A DNA stretch of 41,341 bases from Trichomonas gallinae (lineage: Eukaryota), in assembly GCA_008369845.1 (NCBI GenBank), contig MRSU01009682.1, positions 1-41,341 on the forward strand, in the 5' to 3' direction. The translations under genes and the position numbers were made by a program. A model generated the notes under the pieces. It searched no databases. It worked only from the letters and a program-made list of their open reading frames with translations, and had not been told where the DNA came from. Positions 38,780 to 41,341 of the stretch are shown here, piece after piece. Positions within the stretch are counted from its first letter, which is position 1, and each line of letters begins with the position of its first letter.

Positions 38780-39779
38780 TTTTTTTTTAAAAATGTTAAC
38801 CGTTTACATTTGTAAATTATTTTCTTGGTTTAATTTAATATATAACATCTCCACCTTTCACTCTTTTTAATTTTCACGAAATCGTCCGCCTTTTACTAGT
38901 TTTTGCTCTTTTTAATTTTTACACGAGCTAAAATTATATGGAAAATATATATTAATATTTCATATATCGTGTAATTATTAGTTTATTATACTAAACATAT
39001 CACTGTTGCAGTGTTAGACATTATATACATGTAATTCTGATGCGTTTTAAACGCACAATACATAAAACAAAGGCGTTATCAATACCACGGCATTAATATT
39101 CCCAAAATGCACCTGATAAAGTAAATTTTGGCGTTTATATATTAAAACTGAAAAAATGATTTCGTATTTTTCAAAAATCAGTTTAATTGGCTCATTTTCA
39201 CCCAATGGCAATCAGAGGTGATACAGTTGATTGATGTGACATTCATTAAACTAAAGAAGAAACAGAGATGTAAAGAATAACCTTATTTAGTTATCCTCGG
39301 GTGAAAAAATTACATTTATAAGCTAAAATGAATCATTAAAATACAAAAATATAACATGAAGGACAATGATCAAAGCATAAAAGATATTACTGAGGAGTGA
39401 ATTTGCTTTAATTCCAAACTTTTTGTGGAAATAAAGAGAATTAACGATAACATGATTTTTTTAACCGTGTTCTTTACAAATTGACCAAATAACTCTATTT
39501 CCTTGACTTATTTACGCTTGCATTGTAAGATTTTTTTTTTGTTTTGATAAAATAGATAATTTTTCCGTTTTAGCAGATATTTCTTGGATTTTTCCATGTA
39601 TATCAGCATGTAGTTTAATAATGTTGTAGAATTGCGTTGATAATTCAAAATATTTTTTAATGAAATTTGCTCGAGTTCCTATGGAATTAATGCTAGAGAA
39701 AATTGTGTCAATATTATTAACGATACAAGAATCTTTTGATCTAAATTTATTATAAGAAATCTTTATTAAACAAATGAAT

Positions 39780-40760
39780 TTATGGTTGCAATGGTGGATA
39801 CATTGCTGGGTATGAATAAAGTGCAGCAGCCAAATCATCGCCTGCATTTGTAAAGAATTGGAATAATGTGGATTTATTGAACGAATTTGGCGCGGAAACA
39901 ATATCAAACATATCTAATCTCCATGGACCTTGAAAAACATATGGAACAAGCATTTTCCCAACTGCTTCTAAAGGAATTATATCTGTTCTCTTTGATAAGA
40001 CGCCTTCAGCGAGCCAAACAGCAGCCGAGTGATGACCATTGTGAGCGAGCTTTGAGAGAGCCTTCCAAGAGCTTTTAGCTCCTTTCGGATTCATTGAAAC
40101 TTGTTTGACGAGTTCTCCAAACGTGCGGCCTGCACGGTGCTTCCTTATCCATGAAGTTACGCCTAAATGCGCTAAGTTGTATAGATATGGAACAAGTTCT
40201 TTGTAATTCGGATTTGGTTTCTTTAATTCAGAACGAATAATAGCTTGTTTTGCTAAAACAGAACCATTTTCTGCAGCTATTTTGATATATTGATCTCTAT
40301 CTGTAATATTTGGATGAAAAGCAAGAATTTCTGCACATAACCAATGGCCTTTTTCGTAACCTTTTTGAAGCAATTCGATGGATTTCTTGAAATCTTGTGG
40401 GAAATCTGAAAATCCGATCATATAGAGGAATCCAGATAAACAATCAGCAGCAACAACATCATTATCCGAGAAATTTGCCAGCATTTCATTATAACCTGAT
40501 GGAATCGATCCATTCATAAACGTGTAGAACGTTTCCCTGTATTTTTCCATTTCCGGATGTGGTTCTTTCGCGGAATCACACCACCAGCCTTTGCAGAAAC
40601 TCCTCATCAGTGGGTCAACAGAGGGAGGCATGCTGAAACCTGGCATATATATGTAATTTCGTACTAAAACAAGAGAAACAAGCATTGTCAAATTTATGGC
40701 AATTTGCCAATCAGAATTTTTTTTTTTTTCATTTTCGATTTCATTAAGAAAAGTTATCAT
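39780..40760 (-). CDS. Sel1-like repeat protein with N-terminal transmembrane/signal segment
   Basis: Hydrophobic IAINLTMLVSLVLV; Sel1-type GFLYMIGFSDFPQDFKKSIELLQKG..KGH, AAENGSVLA and LAHNGHHSAA; stop forms TAAA. Confidence 0.7.
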   Translation of the reverse strand: MITFLNEIENEKKKNSDWQIAINLTMLVSLVLVRNYIYMPGFSMPPSVDPLMRSFCKGWWCDSAKEPHPEMEKYRETFYTFMNGSIPSGYNEMLANFSDNDVVAADCLSGFLYMIGFSDFPQDFKKSIELLQKGYEKGHWLCAEILAFHPNITDRDQYIKIAAENGSVLAKQAIIRSELKKPNPNYKELVPYLYNLAHLGVTSWIRKHRAGRTFGELVKQVSMNPKGAKSSWKALSKLAHNGHHSAAVWLAEGVLSKRTDIIPLEAVGKMLVPYVFQGPWRLDMFDIVSAPNSFNKSTLFQFFTNAGDDLAAALYSYPAMYPPLQP

Positions 40761-41311
40761 TTAGATTGTCTAACTGTATCCACATGATTATATACATGAT
40801 AGAGGATCTATACATTAAGTTAGTTTTCATTTAAGGAGAAAATCAATTTTTTGCAGATCAAATATTCACATTTATTATTTGTAGTTGGTATTTTAGGAAT
40901 CTTCTTCATAAGAATATGAATGAGGAATGCATAAAACTCTTCTAATAATTATATTATTTAAATTTGATTCAATTTCAAAATGAAATCCCTAATTAAATCT
41001 ATATTTCTAGAAACATACATTATTATCTATAAACAATAACTAAAATTTCACTCTATACAAGATCAAAATACGTTAAAAATGATTAGTTAGATATAAATGA
41101 TTCATATCATTTTATGAAAATGAAATTGCATACATATTTACGTATATAAGAAACAATGATGATATTTTTGACAGACAATTTAAGAAAAGATAATTTTGAA
41201 TTAAAAATGTTATCCTTTATTGCTACTTTCTTTTTATGATTTATATTGGAAAAATTGTTTTATGAAAAATGCATTATTATAGACCATCCAATTTTGATTT
41301 TTAAAATATAC

Positions 41312-41338
41312 AAAAAAAAAAAAAAAAAAAAAAAAAAA
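41312..41338 (+). repeat. Poly(A) tract (27 A)
   Basis: Direct count at the window end. Confidence 0.9.
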
Positions 41339-41341
41339 TAA

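Noticed and set aside
38885..38925. U5 snRNA (GCCTTTTAC loop I plus an AATTTTT Sm-like site); a similar CCGCCTTTACTA occurs at ~1026
   Set aside because: Both flanks are pyrimidine-rich and cannot form the required stem I.
41302..41341. Retrocopy or non-LTR element poly(A) tail
   Set aside because: No upstream ORF or target duplication is visible, TAAA is only 6 nt from the A-run, and the window ends here, so it cannot be evaluated.

Overview
Intronless, gene-dense eukaryotic DNA from a trichomonad parabasalid, most likely a Trichomonas species. Evidence: a hydrogenosomal [FeFe]-hydrogenase with a short 'ML..SR' presequence, TCAY initiator and M2/M3/M5-type promoter motifs, TAAA poly(A) signals fused to TAA stops, and very AT-rich spacers. 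Genes in order: 3' end of RPL8, RPS25, XMAP215/ch-TOG-like (apparently TOG3-5 only), transmembrane PAS class III cyclase, MSH2, R2R3 Myb, plant-like GDP-mannose 3',5'-epimerase, CCDC180-like, [FeFe]-hydrogenase, GAPVD1-like VPS9 GEF, candidate SYCP2/Red1-type meiotic axis core protein, JTB-like membrane protein, TKL-type pseudokinase, thioredoxin-fold protein, E2F-like winged-helix protein, calmodulin-like protein and a Sel1-repeat protein. Non-coding highlights: a 313-bp TTA-flanked multi-hairpin element with mutually exclusive pairings (37339-37651), a GC-rich stem-loop just downstream of the hydrogenase stop, and a recurrent intergenic TTTACATGTCAAA motif, including a five-copy, ~94-bp-spaced array upstream of the epimerase. 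All family assignments are by-eye motif recognition; no searches were run.
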